Positions 1-10,669 of a stretch of 64,000 nucleotides of DNA are shown in pieces. Position numbers and translations under genes: made by a program. The DNA comes from an uncultured Lachnospiraceae bacterium (GTDB lineage: Bacteria > Bacillota > Clostridia > Lachnospirales > Lachnospiraceae). The stretch covers positions 3,313-67,312 of the forward strand of contig CAJUFL010000011.1 of assembly GCA_910585605.1 (NCBI GenBank), written 5' to 3'. Each line of letters starts with the position of its first letter. Position 1 is the first letter of the stretch. The notes below the pieces were generated by a model. It saw nothing but the letters and a program-made list of their open reading frames with translations. It made no database searches and was not told the DNA's origin.

Positions 1-481
1 AAATGCCTTTTCCATATTGATAACTCTCCTCATCATAACTTCCCGGATTGGAAGCCTTTGAAAACGGCTTTACTTCTCCAGTTCCGGTTATTGCACTTCC
101 AAGGATAAACTCCTGATCCGTTTCCAGAATAATAGATATAGAAAGGCTTTTGCCCTCTATCACAGAACTTTTGATTATATATTTATTTCTACTGCCGGAT
201 TCCTCCCTCTTTTCCACCCTGCCGCAAAAAAACACTTTTTTCCCGTCAGACATCCTGCAAAATTCCATGCACTCCTGCATATAAAGCAAGCGGACAGCTC
301 CGAATAAGAAAAATACACTTCCCAGTAAGATGATCAATTTATTTTTCTTTAATAATATAATCGGAACTGCTCCAGCTATTATCCCTGCCATTAAAAAACC
401 TGTCAAACCTATCGGTAATATCCTGCATAGTACTTCTCCAAGCATGAACAAGATTGCCCAATAAAGTACAGGTCTGTTCAA
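1..481 (-). CDS. comEC: ComEC/Rec2-family competence channel protein, N-terminal fragment (continues beyond window start)
   Basis: Absent from the ORF track because it is open at the window edge. Translating the minus strand from TTG at 481 (directly after the TAA of the upstream gene; alternative ATG at 445) gives LNRPVLYWAILFMLGEVLCRILPIGLTGFLMAG..., i.e. TM helices. It continues ...KPFSKASNPGSYDEESYQYGKGI, resembling the NPGxFDy..Y...kGI signature of the ComEC N-terminal (DUF4131) domain. Confidence 0.6.
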   Translation of the reverse strand, partial: MNRPVLYWAILFMLGEVLCRILPIGLTGFLMAGIIAGAVPIILLKKNKLIILLGSVFFLFGAVRLLYMQECMEFCRMSDGKKVFFCGRVEKREESGSRNKYIIKSSVIEGKSLSISIILETDQEFILGSAITGTGEVKPFSKASNPGSYDEESYQYGKGI

Positions 482-1450
482 TTATTCTTCTGCCTCCTCC
501 TGTTCTATCAAATCCAGATTTCGCTCAAAAATGCCATCAAAAGGCAATGTCTCTCTGAAAAATTCCTGTTTCTCCCCATTTCTCAAAAATTGAACCTTGG
601 AAACTGTTGGCAATTCTACCAGAGAGTTTACAATAGAATATATAATGATATCATTTTTTAACGGATTATCCGCATTATAAAATTCATCACTTAAATCCAC
701 ATAACAGATTCCATCCTTCACCAAAATATTACGTATTGTCGTTGACTTTGGAATCGTAGCAGTATATTCTTCTGTTCCTGGTCCCTCAATTAAAGATTCT
801 AACACCAGTCTGTCTAAGGAAGTTGTATTGGAAATCTCCACAGCTTTACGGTATTCTTTTAATGCTTCTCCCGACTGGCTTGCAAAATATAATACAATTG
901 CTCCTTTTTGCTTATATCCACTCTCGTTGCCAAATGACATCGTAAAGGAATCCTGATCAAAATTTTCCGTTACCGTCGCTGTGTCCTCATTGGTACTCGC
1001 GACATCTGTCAAAGAAAGTGAAATGGAATTGACATCCTCCAACTGTAACAGAGTCTTAACAATACTGGCTTTAAAAAAAAGAAGGGTGTCTGCGTTTATG
1101 GCATCATAAACAATATTAAAGGACACTTCCAGCCTTCCGGACTTCTCTCCAAGCACAGAACCAAGATAAGTTAACCCATCCGGTATCGGTGATTGAATTC
1201 TCTCTGTTGCCTCTACATCAAAAAGATTATTGATTATTTTAGAAACTGTATCAGTCAACGGTTCTTCCCGGTCTATGGTATAGACTTCGGGAACAATTCC
1301 TGTCTTATCGAAATTAACATAATATATATATATCTGGTTTTCCCCCAACGCTTTCTTATCACTCTCCCCGCTTTCCACTTTTCCACAGGCAGCAAGAAGC
1401 ATGACAGCAAGTATCAGGAAACATAATCTTATTTTTTTCATTTTCTTCAC
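482..1450 (-). CDS. gerM: GerM-like sporulation/germination lipoprotein (two GerMN repeats)
   Basis: Lipoprotein signal MKKMKKIRLCFLILAVMLLAAC. Two GerMN-like repeats follow (...LESLIEGPG...IPKSTTIRNILVKDGICYVDLSDEF...IVNSLVELPTVSKVQFLRNGEKQ). The start abuts the stop of the kinase gene at 1451. Confidence 0.72.
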   Translation of the reverse strand: MKKMKKIRLCFLILAVMLLAACGKVESGESDKKALGENQIYIYYVNFDKTGIVPEVYTIDREEPLTDTVSKIINNLFDVEATERIQSPIPDGLTYLGSVLGEKSGRLEVSFNIVYDAINADTLLFFKASIVKTLLQLEDVNSISLSLTDVASTNEDTATVTENFDQDSFTMSFGNESGYKQKGAIVLYFASQSGEALKEYRKAVEISNTTSLDRLVLESLIEGPGTEEYTATIPKSTTIRNILVKDGICYVDLSDEFYNADNPLKNDIIIYSIVNSLVELPTVSKVQFLRNGEKQEFFRETLPFDGIFERNLDLIEQEEAEE

Positions 1451-2800
1451 CTAACTAACATATTTGAGAGGAATTCTTACCGTAAAGGTTGTTCCTTCTC
1501 CCGGTTCTGAATAAAGCTTAATCGCCCCTTTATGCATTAAGACTGCATTTCTGGTAATCGCAAGTCCTAAACCAGTACCTCCTGTTTCCCTGCTTCTTGC
1601 TTTATCCACACGATAAAACCGTTCAAAAACCTGAGCCTGGCATTCCTCCGGTATCCCCACACCATCATCCTGCACTTTGACATAAAAAAATTTATGATCT
1701 GCATTTAATGATACATGAACATTTCCGCCATCATTATTATATTTAACTGCATTTTCTATCAGATTGGAAAACGCCAGTGACATCTTAACCTCATCTACTT
1801 CTCCGACCACTTCCCGAAAGCTTTCAAAAACTACCTCAATATTACGCTTTGCAGCCAGGGGCTTTATCCTTTTTAACAATAACTCCAGCAAAATATTAAT
1901 ATTAACCGGTTCAACATTTAATCCCGATGCTTTCTTATCCATCTTGACCAATGTCAGCAGATCATTAATAATCTTACTCTCACGGTCAATCTCTTCCACC
2001 ATGTCTGTCATAAATTCCCGGTACATTTCATTTGGCACCTCTTCCTGCATCAGTAAAGAATCTGCCAGCACTTTCATAGATGTAATAGGCGTTTTCAGTT
2101 CATGGGATACATTGGAAACAAACTCCTGTCTGGAATCTTCCAGCACCTGCATCTTATTCAGCAACGCATTAAAGGAATCTGTCAATCTGGACAATTCATT
2201 ATAACGGCTTTTCACCTTTAAATCCTCCAACTGTCCTTCACTCAAGCCTGAAATCTGCATATTCAGCCGATTTATATCATATACACTGACGTTACATATA
2301 ATAAACGCTGCCACAAAAGCCATTAGCGAGAACAGCAAAATCAATACATCTGCCTGCATGGAAATATACGCATTGGTATTCTCAATATCCTTAAGTGAAA
2401 CCATGGCGATCATGGCACCATTCACTGTTCTATCCACGTTGACAATTGGTATGATAATTTCTGCATAGTCATCCACCATCCGGATATTTTTATCCTTCTC
2501 ACCACGCATTACCTTTACAACTTCATCATAAATAATATAATTATTCTGGTCAATGGTATAGGTATCTTTTACAATCCTGTAACTGGAATCAATGACCAAA
2601 ATCCTGCCTTCCCAAACATTAGCAAGCTGGTCAATCTCTACATTCAGATTACTCTGTAATGCATCAATGGTAAACTGATTCACCAGAATCTGATTTCCTA
2701 AAATGCTGCACTGGTTCTGTACCAGTAAAAGTTTCTCTTCGATCGTCTTATCATTGTAAGACTTTTGCAGCAGCAGGTTAAAAATAAACATGGAAAGCAA
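1451..2800 (-). CDS. Sensor histidine kinase (HisKA + HATPase_c, two-TM extracytoplasmic sensor)
   Basis: H-box SNVSHELKTPITSM, N-box NLIENAVKYN, G-boxes QDDGVGIP and GGTGLGLAI. It lies downstream of an OmpR-type regulator. Confidence 0.9.
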   Translation of the reverse strand: MLSMFIFNLLLQKSYNDKTIEEKLLLVQNQCSILGNQILVNQFTIDALQSNLNVEIDQLANVWEGRILVIDSSYRIVKDTYTIDQNNYIIYDEVVKVMRGEKDKNIRMVDDYAEIIIPIVNVDRTVNGAMIAMVSLKDIENTNAYISMQADVLILLFSLMAFVAAFIICNVSVYDINRLNMQISGLSEGQLEDLKVKSRYNELSRLTDSFNALLNKMQVLEDSRQEFVSNVSHELKTPITSMKVLADSLLMQEEVPNEMYREFMTDMVEEIDRESKIINDLLTLVKMDKKASGLNVEPVNINILLELLLKRIKPLAAKRNIEVVFESFREVVGEVDEVKMSLAFSNLIENAVKYNNDGGNVHVSLNADHKFFYVKVQDDGVGIPEECQAQVFERFYRVDKARSRETGGTGLGLAITRNAVLMHKGAIKLYSEPGEGTTFTVRIPLKYVS

Positions 2801-2864
2801 TGCCAGCAGAAAAAAGGAAATAAAAACAACGACCTTAAGACTTCGGAGTGGATTAGATTTTATC

Positions 2865-3551
2865 TTATTTCTTAAAATAGTAACCCACTCCCCACTTTGT
2901 CTGAATATATTTTGGATCTCCCGGATTGGATTCTATCTTCTCTCGCAGCCTTCTTACATGAACATCTACCGTTCTTCCGTCTCCTAAGGCATCACTGCCC
3001 CAGACCTCCTTTAACAAATCATCTCTAGAATATACTTTATTGGGATGAAAAAGCAGCAATGTCAGAATATTGAATTCCTTCGCTGTAAGATTAATCTCTT
3101 TTCCTGCCAGAGATACTCTCCGGCTGTCCATCTCTATCTTCAATTCTCCTTCTATCAGAGTTTTTGGATTATCGACAGCAGGAGTTTTTTTCTGATTCCT
3201 GCGGATTATCGCCTTGATTCTCGCTTTTACTTCCAAAATATTAAACGGCTTGGTAATGTAATCATCTGCACCATATTCCAGTCCCAGTATTTTATCCATA
3301 TCCTCCCCTTTCGCTGTCAGCATGATAATCGGCACGTCCGAAAATTCCCTAATCGCCTGACACACTTCAAAACCAGATAAACCGGGAAGCATCACATCAA
3401 GAAGAATGATATCAAAATCATTATTTTTCGCCAGTTCCAGTGCTTCTTCTCCATCATAGGCGGCAGTTACCACCATCTCATCCTGTTCCAGGGAAAATTT
3501 GATTCCTTTTACAATTAATTTTTCATCATCTACTACCAATACCTTTTTCAT
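2865..3551 (-). CDS. OmpR/PhoB-family response regulator
   Basis: Receiver domain (VLVVDDE, ILLDVMLPGLSG, MLTAKG) plus winged-helix output domain (VWG...RTVDVHVRRLREKIE...GVGY). Confidence 0.92.
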   Translation of the reverse strand: MKKVLVVDDEKLIVKGIKFSLEQDEMVVTAAYDGEEALELAKNNDFDIILLDVMLPGLSGFEVCQAIREFSDVPIIMLTAKGEDMDKILGLEYGADDYITKPFNILEVKARIKAIIRRNQKKTPAVDNPKTLIEGELKIEMDSRRVSLAGKEINLTAKEFNILTLLLFHPNKVYSRDDLLKEVWGSDALGDGRTVDVHVRRLREKIESNPGDPKYIQTKWGVGYYFKK

Positions 3552-3616
3552 TCCAAATCTCCTCTATTTTGTGACAGTTTTATATAGCAAATTTCCATGT
3601 TTCTTTTTAACTGTTA

Positions 3617-4186
3617 TTATATCTTTATCTTGTCTTTTATTTTATTAAATACACCTTCCTTAATGCCTGGTATCTCCATCAAGTCTTCAATACATTCAAA
3701 ACTTCCATGCTCCTGTCTGTATTGAATGATAACGGCCGCCTTTGATTCTCCAATTCCCGGCAATGCCATAAAATCTTCTTTTACAGCCGTATTGATATTG
3801 AGCAGTCCGTCTTCTTCCGAAACGGACTCTTCTCGGATATTTTCCCCAATTCCCGGAACATATAATGTTTGTCCATCCGTCACATGTTCTGCCTGATTCA
3901 AAGCCTCTGCATCTCCATCCTCCAGAACACCACCTGCAAGCAGCAAAGCATCACAGATTCTGGATTCCTCAGCCAGACAGTATACACCCGGCTGCTTCAC
4001 ATATCCACAGACATATACATAAATCTCTTCTGATTGAGCCGTCTGCTCTTTTGATGAAACCGTTTCCTGTACTTCCTCCGTAATCAGGGATTCTGTGCCA
4101 GCAGTCATCATCACGTCCTCCTGTCCCATGCAGCCCGCAAGTATGCTTATACAAAAAAACAGTTCTATTATAAGTTTAAACCTCAT
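3617..4186 (-). CDS. comEA: ComEA-family DNA-binding competence protein (SLBB + helix-hairpin-helix)
   Basis: N-terminal membrane/lipoprotein anchor (ILAGC). C-terminal tandem HhH: LNINTAVKEDFMALPGIGESKAAVIIQYRQEHGSFECIEDLMEIPGIKEGVFNKI. Confidence 0.85.
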   Translation of the reverse strand: MRFKLIIELFFCISILAGCMGQEDVMMTAGTESLITEEVQETVSSKEQTAQSEEIYVYVCGYVKQPGVYCLAEESRICDALLLAGGVLEDGDAEALNQAEHVTDGQTLYVPGIGENIREESVSEEDGLLNINTAVKEDFMALPGIGESKAAVIIQYRQEHGSFECIEDLMEIPGIKEGVFNKIKDKIKI

Positions 4187-4400
4187 AAAAAATTCCTCCT
4201 AAAATTTGTGTCTAAATTTGAAATCATTTTAGGAGTGTGACAAATGATAGAAAATAAAACTAAGATATAGTATCATCATACCTAAAAAGCAAACAATTTA
4301 CAACCCTTTTTCATTCTTTATCATTATTTTTTATAATCAAACAATCCGTATAAAATATTGCCTTTACAACACATTTTTAAAACGCACTAAATAAACAAAT

Positions 4401-4429
4401 TTGACAATTCCCTGTAAAACCTCTAAAAT
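4401..4429 (+). promoter_or_regulatory. Sigma-A-type promoter for the MCP gene
   Basis: TTGACA (4401-4406), 17-nt spacer, TAAAAT (4424-4429), about 36 nt upstream of the ATG at 4466. An AGGGGG RBS lies in between. Confidence 0.45.
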
Positions 4430-4465
4430 ATAAATAATTATACGTCAAAGGGGGAAAATTCTATA

Positions 4466-6472
4466 ATGAACAAATTATTATCCATGTCCCACGTGGACAA
4501 ACGCAGCATTGAAGGGAAATTGATAAAAACGGTTCTACTGCTGCTCTATATATCTTTAGGTACACTAGGGATTATTTCTATTTATCTGAATTATTCCAGT
4601 ACAACAAAGTTATTAAAAAAGAATATGGCGGAATCCGCAAAAATTGCCGCAGAAAAAGCACAATGGGAAATAACAGCGTTTACCAATACCGTCTCCGAGA
4701 TGGGATGTGATCCCCGACTTTCCGGTAATCTTTCCACTGAAAAAATAAAAGAACTGACCGAAGAAAAGACAGCATATTACAGCTTAGAACGAATCAATGT
4801 TCTTGGTACAGACGGTCTCAGCATCTTTGACGGCAAAGATTACAATGAACGTGCATATTTTCAGGCAGCCATGAAAGGACAGACTTATGTCAGTGAACCG
4901 TTAATCAGCAAGATTACAGGAGAACTTACTATTATAGTAGCAGCACCAATCTGGAAAGACGGTAAGGCGGGGTCTGAGGTCTGCGGTGTCATATACATTG
5001 TACCAAACCCCGATTTTCTGAATGAAATTGTAAAAAGTATCCATATAAGCAAGAATAGTTTTGCATACATGATCGATGCAAACGGAACCGTAATTGCACA
5101 TACCGATACCGATAAAGTCAAAAATATGGAGAATACCATCAACAATGCCAAATCAGATTCCTCCCTTAAAAAACTTGCTTCCCTTGAGGAAAAAATGACA
5201 AAAGGTGAATCCGGATTTCAAACATACCGCTACAAAGGTAAAAAGAAATTTCTGGCATATGCACCGGTTAACGGCAGCAATGGATGGAGCTTTGCCATTG
5301 ACGCACCTATCAGTAATTTTATGCTGGACACAATTGTAGGTATCATCATTGTAATTGCCACTATTTTAATATCTACCTTTATTGGTTATGTCCGTGCTCA
5401 GAAACTTGCCTCAGGTATCGGAATGCCTATCAGACAATGTGCCGACCGTCTGGTTCTTCTTGCCCAGGGCGACTTAAATTCTCCCGTCCCCCAAGGTGCT
5501 GATGACGACGAGACAGGCATTCTTTCCAATGCCACTCAGGAACTGTTAGAAGGTATTAACACAATCATTAAAGATATTGATTATACATTAAGTGAAATGG
5601 CAGGCGGTAACTTTAATATTCACTCATCGGCTCCAGACAGCTATATTGGGGATTTTGCCGCAATCCTGGAATCTTTGAGAGAGATTAAGCACTCTCTTAC
5701 AACAGCACTCTCCGGAATTAAGGATGCCTCCGATCAGGTTGCTGCCGGTTCCGGACAGCTTGCAGACAGTGCTACCGATCTGGCAACCGGTGCAACGGAA
5801 CAAGCTGGTGTTGTAGAAGAATTATTCGCCACTGTCACGGAAATAACAAATCATTCATACGAAAATTCAGAGACAGCATCCAAGACCAGCAACAGGGCAA
5901 GGAAGATCGGCGAAGAAGCCAGAAACAGTTCCGTTCAGATGAATGAAATGAACCAGGCAATGCAGCGCATCAGCAATGCCTCACAGGAAATAAATAATAT
6001 TATCGCAAGTATTGATGCGATAGCTGCCCAGACAAATCTGCTATCTCTCAATGCTTCTATCGAAGCTGCAAGAGCAGGAGAAAGCGGTGCCGGTTTTGCA
6101 GTTGTAGCCAATGAAATCGGACAGCTTGCAAAACAAAGTGCAGAAGCTGTTGATATTACCAGAACATTGATTCAAACGGCTTTATCAGAAGTTGAAAACG
6201 GTACTTTAATCGTAGATAAAACTACGGTATCCCTTAATCAGGTTATTGAACAGATTGAAGATATCGTTAAAGATATTGAAGCCGTTTCCCAGGCAAATAA
6301 AAACCAGGCTTCCAGCATGAAAGAACTGAATCAGGGAATTGAACAGATTTCCGGTGTGGTAGAAAACAATTCCGCTACAGCTGAAGAATGCTCTGCCACC
6401 AGTGAAGAGCTTTCGGCCCAGGCATATACATTAGATGATTTAATCGGAAACTTTAAACTATCCGAATCATAA
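4466..6472 (+). CDS. Methyl-accepting chemotaxis protein (Cache-type sensor, HAMP, MA domain)
   Basis: N-terminal TM helix, periplasmic Cache-like domain, second TM helix, then the conserved signalling hairpin [39 protein letters not shown]. Confidence 0.92.
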   Translation: MNKLLSMSHVDKRSIEGKLIKTVLLLLYISLGTLGIISIYLNYSSTTKLLKKNMAESAKIAAEKAQWEITAFTNTVSEMGCDPRLSGNLSTEKIKELTEEKTAYYSLERINVLGTDGLSIFDGKDYNERAYFQAAMKGQTYVSEPLISKITGELTIIVAAPIWKDGKAGSEVCGVIYIVPNPDFLNEIVKSIHISKNSFAYMIDANGTVIAHTDTDKVKNMENTINNAKSDSSLKKLASLEEKMTKGESGFQTYRYKGKKKFLAYAPVNGSNGWSFAIDAPISNFMLDTIVGIIIVIATILISTFIGYVRAQKLASGIGMPIRQCADRLVLLAQGDLNSPVPQGADDDETGILSNATQELLEGINTIIKDIDYTLSEMAGGNFNIHSSAPDSYIGDFAAILESLREIKHSLTTALSGIKDASDQVAAGSGQLADSATDLATGATEQAGVVEELFATVTEITNHSYENSETASKTSNRARKIGEEARNSSVQMNEMNQAMQRISNASQEINNIIASIDAIAAQTNLLSLNASIEAARAGESGAGFAVVANEIGQLAKQSAEAVDITRTLIQTALSEVENGTLIVDKTTVSLNQVIEQIEDIVKDIEAVSQANKNQASSMKELNQGIEQISGVVENNSATAEECSATSEELSAQAYTLDDLIGNFKLSES

Positions 6473-6553
6473 TATCATGTGTCACCAATTTTCAGAGAAA
6501 ATTGGTGACCTGCTTGCACATCAGTGCAATTCATTATATCATATAGACAAAGT

Positions 6554-6597
6554 GGCTGCCGTATTAAGAAATTTTTCTTTTACGGCAGCCATTTTTT
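6554..6597 (+). terminator. Rho-independent terminator after the MCP gene
   Basis: GGCTGCCGTA (6554-6563) pairs with TACGGCAGCC (6581-6590) and is followed by ATTTTTT. It overlaps the stop of the convergent DMT gene. Confidence 0.6.
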
Positions 6598-7036
6598 ATG
6601 ATTCCCACTTGAATACTACAATGCCTGCAATGGCAATTATGACACCAATCAGTTTTGACATTGAGAACGGGACCTTTTCTACCCCAAACAACCCAAATAA
6701 CTCAATCAGATAACCTACCAGAACCTGTGTTACCACAATAGCCAGTATTGCTTTTGCCGGGCCTAAGGAGGACATGCTTTGAATCACTGTAAGCGTTATA
6801 AACGCACCTATCGCACCTCCCAGCAGCATATATTTATGCTCCACCTTAAACAGATCTCCAATGGGAACCTTTCCCTGTTCCGTAAATAAAAAGAAAACAA
6901 GGCATACCAAAAAAGCTGTCAGCTGAACAAAACAATTGGTAAGCCATGTCCCTGTTTCTTTTGTAACTCCGGTATTAAATACCCCCTGAATACTCATTAA
7001 TGCCCCTGAAATACAAGCAATCAAAAAGCCCCACAT
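6596..7036 (-). CDS. DMT-superfamily small membrane transporter (YdcZ/DUF606-like)
   Basis: About 146 aa, all hydrophobic helices. I shortened the start to ATG 7036 (MWGFLIACISG...), which has a GGAGGA RBS 6 nt upstream. The ORF-track start at 7069 is a TTG with no RBS. Confidence 0.65.
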   Translation of the reverse strand: MWGFLIACISGALMSIQGVFNTGVTKETGTWLTNCFVQLTAFLVCLVFFLFTEQGKVPIGDLFKVEHKYMLLGGAIGAFITLTVIQSMSSLGPAKAILAIVVTQVLVGYLIELFGLFGVEKVPFSMSKLIGVIIAIAGIVVFKWES

Positions 7037-7103
7037 ACATATTCCTCCGATTTTAACATTTTGTTTCAAATAGTATGTGAGCCTTTTCCTATTTCTTATT
7101 CAT

Positions 7104-8447
7104 TTATTTTATTTTTTCTTCCATTATACTTTGCAGCCTGTCGAGCTGTTCCTTTACATCCTTGCCTTCCCATATAGCATCAAAAGCAATTCCGCTCTCT
7201 GTCAGATAATCCCCTAATACCATAACCTTCGGCACCGGTTTGGAGTTCAGGTACTGTGCATAGATAACTGCCTGCATACTGTCAAATCCTTCTTTTTGAT
7301 TGATAACAGGCAATTTTCCGTTCCCTGCATACTGCTTATCCTGGCTGGCATAACTTAAGTACAGGGCAAACATATTACCGGCTGCCTTATTCCTCCCATA
7401 TGGGTTCACAAAAGCCCCATAAGTTGTGGAGATAGTAGTAGAGGAAAGCTCAGCAGTCAGACTGGGGACATAAGAAATCTGATAATTGGTTTGTTCCGTC
7501 TCACTTCCCTCTTCCGGCTCCTCACTGCTGTTATCCTCTGTATCTTCAGGATTCCCCACAGTCTGATCTGCTTTCTGATTCATCTCATAAAGAACCGGCA
7601 GAATATCGGATTTACAAAGCCCAAGAACCAAAGTTCCATCCTTAATACGGTTCATGACCGTATCATGGGAAATATTATTCTTATTCATCCACAAATATGC
7701 ACTAAGTGACTGAAAATACTCCATAGCTGCAACGGACTGTTCACCGTTAATCTTAAATGAAGACGCCTCATCCCCATTTTCTCCAAAAAAATCTGCATAA
7801 GAAGCTAAAAACATTGTATTAACATAAGGATCTGCCACATCCCACCGAAACACTGCCTTTGTAGAGCCTGTATCTTCATAATCATCCAGAAATGCCAGAA
7901 TATCATCTACGGATGCAGGGGCATTCTTTAAAAGATTGGCATCATATACAAGACAATATGTATCAAAATACACAGGATATCCATATTGCTTATTTTTATA
8001 AGTCAATGCCTTTTTTGCCACTTCTGGATAATTGGTCTTCCAAAACTCTTCATCAAACCCTGTATTTTCTTCTGCCATCCCACTATTTTTCGCAAATTCC
8101 AACTGGTCATTTCCCATCAGGTAAACATCCGGTCCATTCCCACTCTGGTTAGCCTGATTCATATCTTCAAAAAAACTCACACCATCATAATAAACCAGAT
8201 TGACTTTGATGGAATATTCTTTTTCAAATCTTTTTGCAGCTGTCTCTAACCATGCCTTATCTGAATCGCTTGTATACCAGCAATCCACAGAATCAGAAGC
8301 TGCCTGCTGCTTCCATATTTTCATCATTCCTTCATAGCCAGCCGGAAGCACAGTTTCTTCAGTGTTCTCTTCTTTTCTACCACAGCCGGATAAAAGAGCG
8401 ATCATCAGCATAATTACAAGTAAAAAAGATACCCTGCGAATTTTCAT
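7104..8447 (-). CDS. Extracellular solute-binding lipoprotein (MalE/family-1-like), orphan
   Basis: Lipobox LLSGC. The length and composition fit ABC substrate-binding proteins. An acidic insert is present (NPEDTEDNSSEEPEEGSETEQ). No permease or ATPase gene is adjacent. Confidence 0.7.
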   Translation of the reverse strand: MKIRRVSFLLVIMLMIALLSGCGRKEENTEETVLPAGYEGMMKIWKQQAASDSVDCWYTSDSDKAWLETAAKRFEKEYSIKVNLVYYDGVSFFEDMNQANQSGNGPDVYLMGNDQLEFAKNSGMAEENTGFDEEFWKTNYPEVAKKALTYKNKQYGYPVYFDTYCLVYDANLLKNAPASVDDILAFLDDYEDTGSTKAVFRWDVADPYVNTMFLASYADFFGENGDEASSFKINGEQSVAAMEYFQSLSAYLWMNKNNISHDTVMNRIKDGTLVLGLCKSDILPVLYEMNQKADQTVGNPEDTEDNSSEEPEEGSETEQTNYQISYVPSLTAELSSTTISTTYGAFVNPYGRNKAAGNMFALYLSYASQDKQYAGNGKLPVINQKEGFDSMQAVIYAQYLNSKPVPKVMVLGDYLTESGIAFDAIWEGKDVKEQLDRLQSIMEEKIK

Positions 8448-8473
8448 AATCTTATTCTCCTTAAGTCTGTAAC

Positions 8474-9364
8474 TTAAAATAATGGTTCTTTTAGGATAGC
8501 AGTTCCGATACCTTTTTCAGTAAAGAACTCAAGAAGCAGGCAATGCTCCACACGTCCATCTAAAACATGGACTCTGGACACTCCATTTTCGATGGCATCA
8601 ATACAGTTGGTCAATTTGGGAAGCATACCTCCTCCCACAACCCCTTTTTCAATAAATGCCTTTGCCTCATTAATATCCATTTCGGAAATCAGGGTATTCC
8701 GGTCATTGGGATCCACAAAAACACCTTCTATATCAGTGAGAAATACCAGTTTTTCTGCCGCAATTTCTTTTGCCACTGCACAGGCCGCATCGTCCGCATT
8801 GATATTATAACTCTCAAAATCTTCTGAAGAGCCAATGGGAGCGATAACCGGAATAAAATCATTTTCAATCAAGGTATCTAAAATCTGACCATTGACGGAC
8901 TTTACTTCCCCTACATATCCAATATCTTTACCACCCGGAAATCTCTTTGTTACGGTCAAAAGACCGGCATCCTTTCCACTGATTCCCACAGCATTCAGAC
9001 CTAATTTCTGCATCATCTGCACAAGACCTTTATTTACCTTGGAAAGCACCATCTCCGCAATTTCCATGGTCTGTGCATCCGTCACACGCAGTCCGTTGAT
9101 AAACTCCGGTTCCTTTCCGATCATCTCCACCCATTTGCTGATCTCCTTGCCACCACCATGTACGATAATTGGCTTAAGTCCAATCAGCTTCAATAATGCA
9201 ACATCCTTAATGACATTATATTTTAAATCCTCATCTAACATGGCACTTCCACCATATTTTACAACAATTTTCTTTCCGTTAAATTTCTGTATATACGGCA
9301 ATGCCTCTATCAGAGTCTGTGCTTTTAAAATTATCTGTTCCATATTATTATTTTTGTTAATCAT
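8474..9364 (-). CDS. argB: Acetylglutamate kinase
   Basis: [18 protein letters not shown] and [13 protein letters not shown] motifs of the amino-acid kinase family. It follows argC. Confidence 0.95.
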   Translation of the reverse strand: MINKNNNMEQIILKAQTLIEALPYIQKFNGKKIVVKYGGSAMLDEDLKYNVIKDVALLKLIGLKPIIVHGGGKEISKWVEMIGKEPEFINGLRVTDAQTMEIAEMVLSKVNKGLVQMMQKLGLNAVGISGKDAGLLTVTKRFPGGKDIGYVGEVKSVNGQILDTLIENDFIPVIAPIGSSEDFESYNINADDAACAVAKEIAAEKLVFLTDIEGVFVDPNDRNTLISEMDINEAKAFIEKGVVGGGMLPKLTNCIDAIENGVSRVHVLDGRVEHCLLLEFFTEKGIGTAILKEPLF

Positions 9365-9401
9365 TTTTTCTATCCTTCCTTATCCTGAAAATGTGTTACC
9401 C

Positions 9402-10442
9402 TCACGGAAACATTGGAACCTGATCAAGACCCATTGTCTCTGGCAGACCAAACATCAAATTCATATTCTGCACTGCCTGACCCGCAGCTCCCTTTACCAG
9501 ATTATCAAGTGCTCCCATCACGATCACACGTTTTGTCCTATCATCAATCTTAAAATTGATATCCACAAAATTACTTCCCTCTACCCATCTGGTCTCCGGA
9601 GGCACATCTTTATCAAGAATTCTTATGAAATACTCTTTCTCATAATATTTATCATAGATTGCCTTTAATTCTTCATATGTATAATTTTTTGTAAGATTAC
9701 CATAGGCTGTCACCAAAATTCCCCTGTTCATCGGCACCAGATGAGGTGTAAAATTCAGAAGAATCTCCTTTCCACAGGCATATCCTAACTGCTCTTCAAT
9801 TTCGGGTATATGGCGGTGTGTTGTAACACCATATGCCTTTATATTTTCATTCACTTCACAATAAAGGTTATTAATCTTTGCCCCTCTGCCGGCTCCGGAA
9901 GTTCCTGATTTTGCATCTATGATAATACTATCTGTATCAATAACACCCTCTTTTACCAACGGATAAAGAGATAAAATAGAACATGTGGTATAACAGCCGG
10001 GATTCGCCACCAAACGTTTTCCCTGAATCTCGTTTCTGTTTATCTCACACAGACCATATACTGCCTCTTTAATATATTCTGGAGACTTATGTTCTATTCC
10101 ATACCATTTTTCATAGACAGAAACATCTTTTATCCTGAAATCTGCACTCAAGTCCACAATTTTAACTCTGGATAAAATATCTTCATTTACCAAAGAAGCA
10201 CATAACCCCTGAGGTGTAGCAGTAAAAATAATGTCTGCCCTGTCTGCAAGCTCCTCCATATTATCATCCAGACACTTTTCATCTACAATCTCAAACATAT
10301 TGCCAAATACCTGATAGTATTTTTGATCAATATAGCTTCTAGAACCATACCATACAATCTCCGCTTCTTTATGTCCTAATAATAATCTCACCAATTCCTG
10401 TCCTGCATAACCTGTAGAACCGATAATACCTGCCTTTATCAT
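9402..10442 (-). CDS. argC: N-acetyl-gamma-glutamyl-phosphate reductase
   Basis: NAD-binding GSTGYAGQELVRLL at the N-terminus and the catalytic Cys context ANPGCYTT. Confidence 0.95.
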   Translation of the reverse strand: MIKAGIIGSTGYAGQELVRLLLGHKEAEIVWYGSRSYIDQKYYQVFGNMFEIVDEKCLDDNMEELADRADIIFTATPQGLCASLVNEDILSRVKIVDLSADFRIKDVSVYEKWYGIEHKSPEYIKEAVYGLCEINRNEIQGKRLVANPGCYTTCSILSLYPLVKEGVIDTDSIIIDAKSGTSGAGRGAKINNLYCEVNENIKAYGVTTHRHIPEIEEQLGYACGKEILLNFTPHLVPMNRGILVTAYGNLTKNYTYEELKAIYDKYYEKEYFIRILDKDVPPETRWVEGSNFVDINFKIDDRTKRVIVMGALDNLVKGAAGQAVQNMNLMFGLPETMGLDQVPMFP

Positions 10443-10669
10443 AATGCTATCCTTCCTTACATTGTTGTAACTGCTTTTGCCATATTATATTTTCCCGCCA
10501 CATTATTCAAAAAATACATATGGATTCAAACCCGAATTCTTATTATAACATTGTTTTATTCTAATGTATAGATACAGAGTCAGGATTTTTCTGTTTATAA
10601 TTATACATATATTCTGTATATTATGCAATAGATTTCTTATTTTTTCTTAATTTTTCTGTCGAAAAAGGG

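Noticed and set aside
8892-9668. 258-aa plus-strand ORF spanning the argB/argC region
   Set aside because: It is antisense to two well-supported genes. Its low-complexity Ser/Pro/Ile-rich translation has no RBS or motif. This is a typical shadow ORF.
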